Of a stretch of DNA of 64,000 nt, positions 12,008-24,353 are shown in pieces; the first letter of the stretch is position 1; the number at the start of each line of letters is the position of its first letter. The notes beneath the pieces are model-generated. The model had not been told where the DNA came from. It made no database searches and saw nothing but the letters and a program-made list of their open reading frames with translations. Source of the DNA: Octopus sinensis (taxonomy: Eukaryota); assembly GCF_006345805.1 (NCBI RefSeq), contig NC_042997.1:170934001-170998000 (forward strand), written 5' to 3'. Position numbers and translations under genes: made by a program.

Positions 12008-12219
12008 CCCTTTAATATTTAGATTGTTCTGTCACATGTAATGCTCATTTATTCACATTGATACGACTTAACCATGTGTTATCTCAGTGGTTTTAGATTT
12101 TGATGCGATTGGTTACTTTTTAGAATGACATTGTAGGGTAGGAGTGAGAGGCCAGATCTAACCAATTTTAATGTAAAACAGAATATTGGGCCAGATATGG
12201 CTGGGTTAAATGCTAAAGG
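12008..12219. mobile_element. piggyBac-type MITE family P2
   Basis: TTAA|CCCTTTAATATT...ATGCTAAGGG; homologous to 45529-45748. A decayed copy lies at about 27225-27441; fragments at about 62530-62610 and 63395-63520. Confidence 0.8.
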
Positions 12220-13676
12220 AATGAAAACATGAATGAAGTTTTGTATAAAAACAGACAGTCTCAGTTAATGCACTTAAGGGGATACTGTACAACTGAGTAA
12301 ATGCAGGTTCTATTCCTAGTTGCAACTACTTTTTATTTTATGTCGTTAATGCCATTATGAAAAGCTAATTACCAACTGGTGTGCAGTCCTGTTAACGAGA
12401 AGAAATAGCAATTTATTTATTCTTTTTCTTTTTATATCTGAGATGCATGAAAGAAACAAAATATTGATTATTTAATTGACTGATTATTTGACAGATTAAA
12501 AATCAAAGCTTTCTATCAGATTTTATACAGTGACTTTAATCAGATATCTGGTCACAGATGCAGGAAGAAAAAACACAAAAAATAAAAAAGCCGTAAATCT
12601 TATTTGTTTCTTTTTTTAATTTTTACCTCTAAGCCTTCATTTTAATTAATTAAATTAGAATTTTAATAGTTTCCCAGAAAATCATTTTGCCAATCTGATC
12701 TTATTATTAGAAAACCACTGCTATACCTATATTGTTGATTTATCTTTAAATGAATCTACAAGTCAGAAGTAGTATATTCTACTTGAAGGAAGTCACTGAG
12801 TGAGTCATTTCTCAAACCTTGTGTGTATTGTGTGTGTGTAATTATCATGTTTCATGTTGGTATGAGTTGGACAGTTAGGTAAGATCCAGTAGGTTCAATA
12901 TTTTAAATGATGTTTTCTAACGTAAGTTCTGAATCACATATTTTGGAGTGTATAAGCTTATATTATAGAAGTCAAGTTGATCTCTTTCTGTTTTTCCATC
13001 ACAATATATATGCATAAAGAGGGAAGAAGGAGAGGGGAAAGTTGAGAGTGTGATTGAGTGTGTGTCAAGCTAGATAGATAGATAGTGCAGTCACCATAGT
13101 AACTAATAAGTTTTGGTAAAAAAAACATGGGGATTTTATGCACATGTCTGTCAGCACATACATGTTGTGATGGAGACCAGCTTCACTTTTATAATATAAG
13201 ATTGTTCAACAGTGTTTAAAGGGTTATTAATTTTCACTGAGAAAGTCAATCTAAACATTATTTGAATAATTTATGAAGGTATGAGCAGGATTAACAAATG
13301 TTTTTACCAGCAGCATAGTGATGGGTAACAACCTAGCTGATCATAAAACTAACTTGTCTACACATGAAGGATGTGACTAAATATTGTAAGCCATTTGTCA
13401 GTCGTTCTACTGATATTACCAACCAATAACCCAAGTTAGCATGTTTAATATTATCCAAGAATAAACAGCTAAGTCTCCCATGGAGTAAATAAATTGAATA
13501 TAGTTTACATAATGTATTGTTAATGTGTATTTGTTTTAATGTAAATAATGTGCACAGACATATTCGGGGAAAAGGTGAATTCAGTGTATGAAGGGAAGGA
13601 AAGTATGTAGCAGCAGTATACATTATATATGCTAGCACGGAAAGTGGACGTTAAACAATGATGATGATGATGAATG

Positions 13677-13714
<38 letters not shown>

Positions 13715-13740
13715 ACACACACATATATATATATATACAC

Positions 13741-13862
13741 CTGTAGAAACTCTGCCAGATCAGATTGGAGCCTGGTGCAGCCATCTGGTTCGCCAGTCCT
13801 CAGTCAAATCGTCCAGCCCATGCTAGCATGGAAAGAGGATGTTAAACGATGATGATGATGAT
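13741..13862 (+). mobile_element. Family E retroposon 3' fragment
   Basis: CTGTAGAAACTCTGCCAGATCAGATTGGAGCCTGG...GTTAAACGATGATGATG. Similar fragments at about 25600-25800 and 31090-31370. Confidence 0.85.
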
Positions 13863-13871
13863 ATATATATA

Positions 13872-13927
<56 letters not shown>

Positions 13928-15426
13928 TTCAAATAAAGGTAACAAACCTCTGAAAATACTGGTTAGTCACCTATTTAAAAAGTGTTGAATATCACAATTG
14001 TAACTAGATAAATAGAGAGATAATAAATAATTATTTATAACTTTAAAAAATTAAACATCATCTCTGACAGCTGTTTTGATTCCAGACCTTTATAAATTAA
14101 CTACCATAATTAAAACCATTTAAAAGTCAAATCTCATCAGAGTTGGCTGAAGATATACAATTAGGTGTTCATATTCCTGCTTGTTGAGTATACGGCTCCA
14201 AACGGTTTGTGTGTGTGTGTGTGTGTGTGTGTGGAGAGAGAGAGAGAGAAAGATCATTTTTATTTAACAGTCATGTTCTATGCCAGTGAAGGTTAGATGG
14301 TTTCATATAACTGTAACTCTGAGCCTTGTAAGAATTCATACAGAATATGACAACTTAACTGACCAAAGTTAACGAGAGACAAATTATAATAATGTTCCTA
14401 TTGCTGCTAAAGTAAATATATATATATAATTATTCCATTAGAACAGAACAAGCAAGAGTAATATGTCTAGACAACAGACACTGCATTGGTATACTGATGG
14501 GCATTGCAATATATTATTCATCTTTCGTTTTGTTAGTTATAGTATAGCTCCTTGATGATGCTTAGTGCGTACATATTTTTTTGTATTTTAATAAGTACAT
14601 ATGTTCAGTTTGGCAAAAAGAATGTTGCCACACTGTCTGAAATAGACAAAGCTACAATAATTTCAATAAACTTGTTTTGCTTTTTAATGTTTTCCATAAT
14701 AAGTACCAGTATATGTGAGAGGAATTCAACTGGAACTCTTTAAATTTGTCACATAAAGACATAGTTAGCTTCTCTTAATTTGGAATGGTATCTAACTAAA
14801 TAAATAAATAAATAAACTACCAGCATTAAACGAATTTGATTGAAATATTATTAGCAGATGACAGACAAATGACGAATTAAATTGCTCGTTGCCAAACAAG
14901 TTGAAATGAAAGCTGTTTGTCAGAATGTTAAGCGAAAACATTGTTTTCTCTGCCAGTGCTTTCAATGAAGCAGCTTCATTTAATCTGTATTGATTACATG
15001 GAATGCTATGGTGAGGTAAATAACATGCGTGTATCAATAAAGTAGTTTTTTAACCTCGCATAGTAAAAGAGTTTAATTGAATTCGGAACAAATTATGTAT
15101 ATGAAGAGAGGGAAATGTTAAAACTATAAAAACGATAATAAAAAAAAGACACTGTAGAAGAAATGTTTGTAAAAATTTGTCTTCCATTCAAGTAGATCAT
15201 AAAAATGAAGATGTTAGCTACAGGAACAGGAATAAACATGGTGGATAGGAGTTGATGAAAAGAGAAGAAATATAAACAGGTTGTTTCATCTTTATCCTAG
15301 CCCCAGTCAAGCAGACAATGATCAAAGTTATTCTAGTCATGACCGTATACTTGCCTCAACCCAGACAATATACTGAGGGCTACATTCTCCATTGTCCTTT
15401 ATGAGTTAATAAGAAGGAAGAAAAGT

Positions 15427-15790
15427 GTGGCGAGCTGGCAGAAACGTTAGCATGCCGGGCAAAATGCTCAGCGGTATTTTGTCTGCCGCTACGTTCTGAG
15501 TTCAAATTCCGCCGAGGTCAACTTTGCCTTCCATCCTTTTGGGGTTGATTAAATAAGAACCAGTTACATACTGGGGTCGATATAATCGACTTAATCCGTT
15601 TGTCTGTCCTTGTTTGTCCTCTTTGTGTTTAGCCCCTTGTGGGGGTATTTTGTCTGTCTTTATGTTCTGAGTTCAACTTTGCCTTTTTTCGGGGTCGATA
15701 AATTAAGTACCAGTTGCATATTGGAGTCGATCTAATTGACTGGCCCCCTCCCCGAGAAATTTCAGGCCTTGTGTCTAGAGTAGAAAAGAA
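15427..15790 (+). mobile_element. SINE family B with second unit joined at about 15643
   Basis: The young unit ends ...GCCCCTTGTGG and joins GGTATTTTGTCTGTCTTTATGTTCTGAG of a second unit. Confidence 0.88.
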
Positions 15791-16436
15791 TAAGAAGAAA
15801 TTAAGTAAAAGGGAAAAACATGCGGTTTAAAGAAGATTAGGTTACTATTTCTAGCATGTTTAAGCAACATGAAAAAGCTTGAAATGTAATGTAAATAAGT
15901 CAGCGGAGCATGTAACACACTATTATTGATTTAGTATAACAGCAATGTATATATTGTATTGTTATCTTTGTGAATTAGCGTACATTTAAATACTATATTA
16001 TAGCTTTGTAAAATACAATGTAATTTTCAATACTACTTCAATAATGCATAATGATGCACTTCAGAATAATTTTTCACTTAGCTCTTTCTGAGAGCTAAGA
16101 AACACTTCAACTGTGAACACTTGCCAACTCACTTGACTTGTATCTGACCGATTAAGAAATTTTCTCTTATCTCAAAACACCCTCAATTTCATGAACCTAT
16201 ACAGTGATGTGCACTTTCTTATTTTCTCTTCTGATGCTTCTGTACCAGACTCCATATATTTTCCATTATTTCATCTCACACAAGGCAGCCAAGTCTCTAC
16301 TCTTCAACACCCATATGCTATTTCTTTTTGTGTAGACTCAGAATCAAATATTTTGTGCAGTCCTTCAATCCACACACACAAACCACACCTAATGGAACTT
16401 TATTCACACATGCTGTGATATTATGAATATGTTTAA

Positions 16437-16655
16437 CCCTTTTGTTACAAACCCGGCTGAAACTGGCTCTGGCTCTGAATACAAATATCTTGTTATCATA
16501 AGTTTTGAATTAAAATCTTCCACCAAACCTTAGTCACAATTTATGTTCCTAACACTAGCTTAATGATAACTAAGTTATTTTACTAAATTCTTTGTTATTT
16601 AAAATTAATTGAAAGAAACACAAAGCATCTCAAAATAAATTCAGTAACGAAAGGG
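16437..16655. mobile_element. piggyBac-type MITE family P1, 219 bp
   Basis: TTAA TSDs at 16433-16436 and 16656-16659; TIRs CCCTTTTGTTAC / GTAACGAAAGGG. Confidence 0.92.
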
Positions 16656-19504
16656 TTAACAACACCAATCTCTCTGGTTCTCAGAAAGGAAAAAATAAGA
16701 CACCTTAACACTTTCCCGAAGGGGGTTCCATTCAAACATTTTGAGATACTGCATTTTGAGATTTCTTTTAAATGAAATTTAATAAAAATTCATTCTTTAA
16801 AAAAATAAGTGGTATTCATCATTTCAAAGTAATTTGTTTATTTACGTTACATGAATAAATTCTCTCTCAAAGAGGTATTTTTTTTGCATTTAATATTTGA
16901 GGTGCCAAGGGTCTATAAAATACAAAGGTAGGTTCTGTGGTAGTTTAAAAGTTGTATAGGGAGTATACAACAAACTAAACTTAGGAACAGCAGCTCTAAG
17001 CCTATGAATATCATTGCAATATGTAGTAACAGTGAAAAACGAAGATGAATAACATGATAAAACAACATTGGATCACCACCTTCAGCAGTCTGCAGTATAT
17101 TATATAACATGACAATTTCATTACAGTCTCACAGAAACACCCTAAATAACATTTATAACTTAAATGTCTGCAGTCACAATTACAATTTTGTTAAGTGTTA
17201 ATTTGTGTAGCTTAGAAACTATTGTGCAGTGATAATGCAAGAATACTACATGCTTATGATGTCCATTGAATTTGATGATGACCATCTCCTTTAATTGTGA
17301 ATGCTTTGGTGACTGCAGTGGAAACAGAGGACGCAGACAACCACAAGGATGACCAGAGAATCATAGTTCTTACTACCTATGCTACGCCAACTGTGTACCC
17401 TTACAAGCAAGGAAATCACAGAAGGGAGAGTGATATTTCATTACCAATGACTTGTGTAATAACCTCAGCTACTGCAATAACAACTACTCCTGAGATTCAA
17501 GATCCATAATCAACACGAGACATTGAGAGTTCATTTCTCAGTATCACCACCTTTGCTGTAAAAGAGATAAGAATGATCTTCAAGCAACTACTGTCACCTC
17601 ACATCTCAAGAGGTTAGTGGAAATCCAGTAACACACACACACGCACACACGTTATATATTGAATAAACAAAATCAAGATAAGAAATACTTAGAATAGCAA
17701 ATTCAAATTTAAATATATCTATTTATATAATGTTTGAAGGATATTGGATTGCTGTTATGAACAAGATAATCACAGAGACTTTGTGATATTATAGGAGTAG
17801 CAGCAGAGTTTACAGTTTGATACTTAACTGTTCTGAAATGCAATCCTCTCAGAGCAATCTTGCTTTACATAAATAATCTCAGAGGTCTTACAAATCAAGT
17901 AGCAATAATGTAAATGCCTAATGGAATAGAACTTTAAGCAAATGGCGGGCTACCATTGAGGACATTATCATTTACCCACTTGAACTAGAACACACACACA
18001 CAACATAAATATATACAACACATGCAGGCCAAAATATACAGTGTCCCTGCCATTGTATCAGACACTATAGTAATGGAGGTGGTCAATGCCACATTGAAGG
18101 AATAAAAGGGGATAACAAGAACAAATTAACAAAGACAAAATTAGTGGGCCTGGTAATCAGAACTAGACTGGCAAGTCCATGCCAGCCAGCATTGTGAGTC
18201 ACTGGACTGACAGTACTATTAAAGAGCCTTGAGGCTGGTTCAGGCCAGACCTCCAGGAAAATGGGAATGAAGACGAGGCTATAAGCTGGGTGGCTTGTGT
18301 CACTTAAAAAGAGCTGAATAAAGCTATCTCTGAAAGGTTGACAGAGATGGTGAATGCATACAGCACCTCTATTATTTATTATGATCTGGCAGTTGTATGT
18401 TGTCCTGCTTTCAATACAACAGATTGGAGCATCTGGTCTTTCACTCTTTGTGAAAATGAAATGTTGTAGTGGTTAGAAGATGGCTCAGAATATTGCAGAT
18501 GATGCACAAGCATGTGCTAAGGAATTGGCATCTGCTGAAATTCCTAGACAGAGAGGTGTAGTCACTAATTTTGAGGCATATTCTCCTGCAGCTTGTCTTT
18601 TTGACTGGGTGGCAAGAATTTTAAAAAACTGAAACAAGAAAAAGCGGTTAACACTCCATCCATTCATATCATCTCTTCAACTCCATCCTCTGATAGTGGT
18701 TGGGGTAGTAGAATACAGCTTATTGCAATGATAAAATAAACTTCCTTGCTAAACTGACACACTTGCTATTTACATTCACAGCGGTGATTTTGAAAAAAGT
18801 TTGATAACATATACACACATTGAGGGTATCTTATTCTTAGCTTCAATGAATAATTTTTTATTCACAGATCAAAATAAACTAAGATGGTATCAAAACAAAT
18901 ATACACATGTGCATGCACACACAATGAGTGGATCACCATCCTAAACATAAAGAAGTATTAGGATAATTAAATTAATCATTATCATGTTAAGTATTATATT
19001 CAGAGACTTAGACTGCAGTAAATAATAGCAAAAATAGGTACTCAAGCTTGATGAGAGACAACCTAGGCTAGAATGTAAAATTGGTCAAATAAGATAAGGT
19101 CATGTGCTGTGGAGAAGGAGGGGGAAATGTGATGGGTTTTTTTTTTTTTTTGAAGATATATAGCATAAGTTTGCACTGGATACCATAAATGTAATTGAGG
19201 AAAGTCAGAAAAAAGTAGGGTTAAGTAGAGAAGGCCAGGCATAATTGGGTTGTAGGTCAATAGCCTCATTGGCTGCCGTCACACACATACATATGCAAAC
19301 AAATATATACTACTAATTATTGTTCAGTAACAGCCTTATATCATTATGTAAATAAGCTGTGTCAGACAGTCTGTTTCATTTTTGATATGTAGTCTTCTGC
19401 CACCATCAACAAGCATTTGGGGAGGGGAGGAGAGCAAGACCCAGACTGCTGTAATGACTTTCAGTGGACACTAATTTTACAGTAAACCTAAATACATATG
19501 ACTA

Positions 19505-19745
19505 TTCTTTTATTCTTTCACTAGTTTCAGTCATTTGACTGTGGCTATGCTGGAGCACCACCTTAATTAGTTTTAGTCGAAGAAATTGACCCTAGGACCT
19601 ATTCTTTATAAGCCTAGTACTTATTCTATCGGACTCTTTTGCCAAACTTACAGGAACATAAACATACCAGCATCGTTTGTAAAGGGCAATGGGGTGGCGT
19701 GGGGGGAGAGAAACACAGACCCCCACATACATAAATACACACACA
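19505..19745 (-). mobile_element. SINE family A 3' half
   Basis: Inverse of the family A tail region. Confidence 0.8.
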
Positions 19746-19966
19746 CACACACACATATAACAAAGTAGAGTTGTAAGATACCGCACGAGTGGAAATATAT
19801 ATGAAAGAAAGTTTGAAAATGCAATTTTAAAGATGTTTATTCACTTGACCGATTTCACATTTTTAGAAAAAGATTGTCAAAAGAAAAATGTAAAGCTTTG
19901 TATAAGCTTTGTTGTGTTAAGTACTGGTTGCCACGAAAGTATTAAAATACATATATACATTCTTTG

Positions 19967-19969
<3 letters not shown>

Positions 19970-20020
<51 letters not shown>
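19970..20020. repeat. (AAT)n microsatellite
   Basis: Directly visible. Confidence 0.95.
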
Positions 20021-20023
<3 letters not shown>

Positions 20024-20367
20024 TGTTAAAAACAGTTTACAACTTTTTACCACACAGCCATACTTGTGCCTATATGTATATAAATCATGTGTGTGTACTA
20101 TTTATATTCTCAATTCTTGCATGTGTGTATTTCTTTTTACACTTATAAACTGACTGGTCTTTTATCACTTTGAATACTTTTTGTGTACATTTACACACAC
20201 AAAGCAAGATGTTAAGAAGGAAGAAAGACAAATTTCTATGTAGATGTGTGCACACAGATGCAACACACATGCACGCTTCCAGATATTGGTTACTGTTTTT
20301 TTTTTTTTTTTTTGCAAAACGAACATTTCAGAGTGTTTGGGTGTCAACCTGAGGACATGTACCAAGA

Positions 20368-20943
20368 GTGACCACTAATGATGGCAATTTTATGCCTCCA
20401 TTCATCTTCCCACATAGCCTTAAACACAACATGGAGGCCTACATCAAGTGCCTGGAGAAGGTAGTGCTGTCCTGGGTCAAGAGGGTGGCTGCTGGAAGAT
20501 CCTATGTCTAGCAACAGGACTCTGCACCATGCCACACAAGCAGGAGAACCCAGTCATGGCTGTCACACAATTTCTGTGACCACATCACCCCCAACATCTG
20601 GCAACCTAACTCCTCAGATGGCAACCTCCTTGATTATTATGTGTGGGGCACAGTTGTGTGAGAGACCAACAAAACTCCTTGTAACACCAAAGATGAACAG
20701 AAAGCAAGGATTATGGAAGCATTCACTAACTTAAACAAGGAGACCATCCAGAAGAGTTGCAGAAGATTCTAAAGTCGTCTGGAGGCCGTGATTGAAGCCA
20801 ATGGTGATTTTATTGAATAAATTTTCTCTTTAGTATTTCAAGATATTTTTATGTAATTTTGGTAAATATATCTGCTAAAATGAGCTGCCAGTGTTATTTT
20901 CATGTTTGCGTAATTTAGACAACAGTTTATTCACTGCACCCTG
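20368..20943 (+). pseudogene. Tc1/mariner maT (DD37D) transposon fossil, 5'-truncated
   Basis: Frame 20368-20820 reads ...RSYV*QQDSAPCHTSRRTQSWLSHNFCDHITPNIWQPNSSDGNLLDYYVWG...RLEAVIEANGDFIE*, with 37 residues between the 2nd and 3rd catalytic Asp and three premature stops. The right TIR ends CACTGCACCCTG|TA. Confidence 0.92.
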
Positions 20944-22329
20944 TATATAAAGCATATCAAACTACAAAGGGATGGGGGATATTTTAGTAAATAATGGTAA
21001 AATGAATCTAACACAGAATACATTAATTAATCTTCCAAGCATAAAAGGACTCAATATAAGTAGTTGCTGAGGGTTTATTTACTCCTGCATGATCTCACTT
21101 ATGTGTGCTTATTCAGGAAATTAAATGATATCTCATTACACATACACACATCGTCTCTCTCTCTCTCCCCATTGTATACAGAGTTGTATATCAAATGATG
21201 TTTTAATCACTGGCCTACACCCATATGTATCAAACATTCACGTACAAGGAGAGGGGTGAGAGAGAGAGAGAGAGACAGGCATACAGGTACATATCACCTT
21301 TCTTCCTCACCTAACCAACAGAAGAAATATTATTTAATGACCTTATAAAATTGCTACTTCATTATATTTTATTGGAAGAGCAGTTTCAGTATCGGCTGGT
21401 GAGAATAACTAAAGTTTATACAAGTGGCTAGTTGCTAGGGAACAAGAGACAGAGATAGAGAGAGGTAGCTTTTGTTAAAAGAGAATGCTCATTGATAAAT
21501 ATGTACATACATTGAGTGCTTGCACACATCTAATTTAGTCAGTGTTAGCATATTTAAGGTAGTGAGCATTAAATGCCTAATTAGAAAAAAGTTAAGCAGT
21601 GAATTTTGTTGTATCTTTGGAGGGTCATTATGCCTATAATAAACACATATACTGGTTCTATTTCACTTCTTTATTATTTGTCAATTGGTTAACATTTAAC
21701 CAATTAACTCGTGGATGGTTTGATTAATTTGTTAAGTCAGTCAATCAAATCAAGCAATCAGCTGTGTTTTGACAGGGTAAACTGCTAATGAGTTACGGTT
21801 GGTGGGTTTCCACTTTTTATGACAAAAGTTGTAAAATATAAACTTTAATTTGTTCATTTCAAATTTTGATAAAATTTGCTAAATGAGGAGAGACAAGATC
21901 TGAAGGTAGCCCTTAACAAGTCCTTTTGTTGCTACTCGTGGCCTCATCAATGACATGCCTTCTCTACTCCAAGTCTGCTAAAAGGAATTATGCATTGAAG
22001 AATGATAATTAACCCTTTTGATACCAATCTACCTGCCCAAGATGGCCTCTGGTTCCCTGATACAAAACTCCCCTTGTACATGGCCTTATACATGGACATA
22101 TGTATGACCTCTGTAGTATGCACACACATACACACACTATGAGTGAGAGACAGAGGGAAAGAGAGAGAGAGAGAAGTGGGGGAGAAAGATGGATAGACAG
22201 ACAGCTATGGTAACTATTGCAAAACTTAAGAAAAAATTCTTCCATACACAGATGATAGAGTTAGATGATTCTTATTCTGTGCTTCTATATATACACACAC
22301 ATACATAAATATATATATATATTTATATA

Positions 22330-23603
22330 CAGGGTGGGTGCAAAGTAACTAGGCATTAGAAATTGCTTATAAAATTTTCAGTATCACTTAAGTCATGACG
22401 AAAACGTTTTTTAAACAGACAACACTAATGGGATTTTCTTATTTTCTTATTTTCCAGATGGCTGGTCACTTGACTGTTCAGGAGCAAGCTAAAATAGCAG
22501 CATGCAATGAAGTATGGAATTCCATTGTTTTGGTTGAGATAGTGGCGTGCATGGAAAGGTAATCATGCAACACTATGTCCTGAGATAATAAGAAGTTGTC
22601 ATGCACAGCTGATGACCACGGGGCTCTGTGAACAATGCAAGAAGTGGCTGTCCAACCACATCCTGATAAGCAGAGTACAAGGCAACATTGCAGGAAATGT
22701 TTAATCACAACCCACAAAATTTAACACAGCAAACAGCTTGTGAAAGTGGACTAACAAGACACACAATATATACGGTGTGGCATAAAGAATTGAATTTTTG
22801 TCTGTGGAAACTCCATTATGTACAGGAAGACTGTGATCACAGAATGGAATATAGAGAGTTAATGCTAGGTTGGCATAAAGATTGGCCTGAATTGTTTGAA
22901 AACACCCTCTGGAGTGACGAGGCTGTATTCCATGTCGGTGGTTTCATCAACTGCCATTACTTGGCGTCATGTGTTAAGGATCCAAACATGATGGTTGAGA
23001 GGATTCAAGCTCGACCAAAAGTAACTGTGTAGTGCGGAATGACGGCAACAAGAGTTGTTGGTTCATATCTTCTGCGTGACACCCTGAGTATGGACTGCTA
23101 TCTTCAGATGCTAGAAAATTATGTGCGGCCCACAGTGTCTGGCTAGGATAACATTGGTGACCTGATATTCATGCCATATGGTGCACCACCCTATTTTGCT
23201 CTTACTGTGTGTGGTTAGGACCAACATTTTCCAGGATGTTGGATGGGACAATGTGGATCTCATGAATGGTCTCCAAGAAGTCCAGATCTCACTCCATGTG
23301 ATTTTTACCTGTGGTGTTACACAAAAGAGGTGTACAACTCCTCACACGCAGAACTTGGAGACACAGATTCAGGAGGTTCTCAATGATATCCCAGACAACG
23401 TCCTTCAGAAGGTTGTTCATTCCATCCCTGGCTGTTTGAGGAAACTGGTTAGGGTTAGAGTTAGGATGCTTACATTGAAATATGAAGATTTACTTTCATT
23501 TTCCCATGTAATAAGGAACATGTATCATTTGTTTCAATAAATTTGAAAAAAGGAATATGGATTTTACTAATTTTTAATGCCTACTTACTTTTCACCCACC
23601 TTG
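22330..23603 (+). pseudogene. Full-length Tc1/mariner fossil, rosa/DD41D-like, 1274 bp
   Basis: TA TSDs at 22328-22329 and 23604-23605; TIR CAGGGTGGGTGCAAAGTAACTAGG / CCTACTTACTTTTCACCCACCTTG. Disrupted ORF 22458-23485: MAGHLTVQEQAKIAA..., LWSDEAVF (D1 at 22916), FMPYGAPPYF (decayed D2), WSPRSPDLTPCDFYLW. The D2-D3 spacing is 40 in the fossil, with one codon apparently lost. Confidence 0.92.
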
Positions 23604-23639
23604 TACACACACACACACACACATATAAGTATTTATACT

Positions 23640-23662
23640 TTTGTGTGTGTGTACATACATAT

Positions 23663-23725
<63 letters not shown>
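23640..23725. repeat. (TG)n/(CA)n/(TA)n microsatellite
   Basis: Directly visible. Confidence 0.95.
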
Positions 23726-24144
23726 AACATACATACATTAAAGGCAGTGTTCCAGCATGGTCTTGGCTTAAACAAACTAAAGATCACACAGCTGTAACAC
23801 AAGTACTAACAATTTACTCTTATAACAAACAGAACTTGGCACTAACTAAAACCGAAGTGTGTTCTGCTCTCTATTTTCTTTTCTTTCTCTTTTTTAACTA
23901 AATAAAAACAGACATCAATTACTGTTGTACAAAATGTTTAGCTCTACTTTTAGATAGATCTCTGTTCAATGTCTGCCAGCAGTAAATACCTCTGTTTATA
24001 TTACACACACATACACCATCATCATCATCATCATTTTGTTTTACTTGTTTTAGTCAGTGAACTATGGCCATGCTGGGGCACTGCCTTGAAGGGTGTAATA
24101 AAATAAATCAACCCCAGTACTTAGTTTACATATATATATATATA

Positions 24145-24262
24145 AGGAAAACTCAATCGTTTACGACGACAAGGGTCCCAGCTGATACGATAACGGAACA
24201 GCCAACTCATGAAATTAACGTGCAAGTGACTGAGCAATCCACAGACAACACGTCACCGGGAA
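24145..24262 (-). mobile_element. SINE family C 3' fragment
   Basis: Inverse of the tail of 50658-51038 (CACTTGCACGTTAATTTCA...GGAACCCT). Another lies at about 41660-41790. A family A 5' half follows at about 24375-24528 (-). Confidence 0.75.
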
Positions 24263-24308
24263 TCGAACTCATGCGTGGCTTAGTGGTTAGAGCATTTGGT
24301 TCACAATA

Positions 24309-24353
<45 letters not shown>

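Noticed and set aside
22688-23540. Intact transposase (ORFs 22688-23032 and 23178-23540)
   Set aside because: These are pieces of one fossil with frameshifts, stops and a mutated second catalytic Asp; the 23178 ORF is largely in a non-transposase frame.
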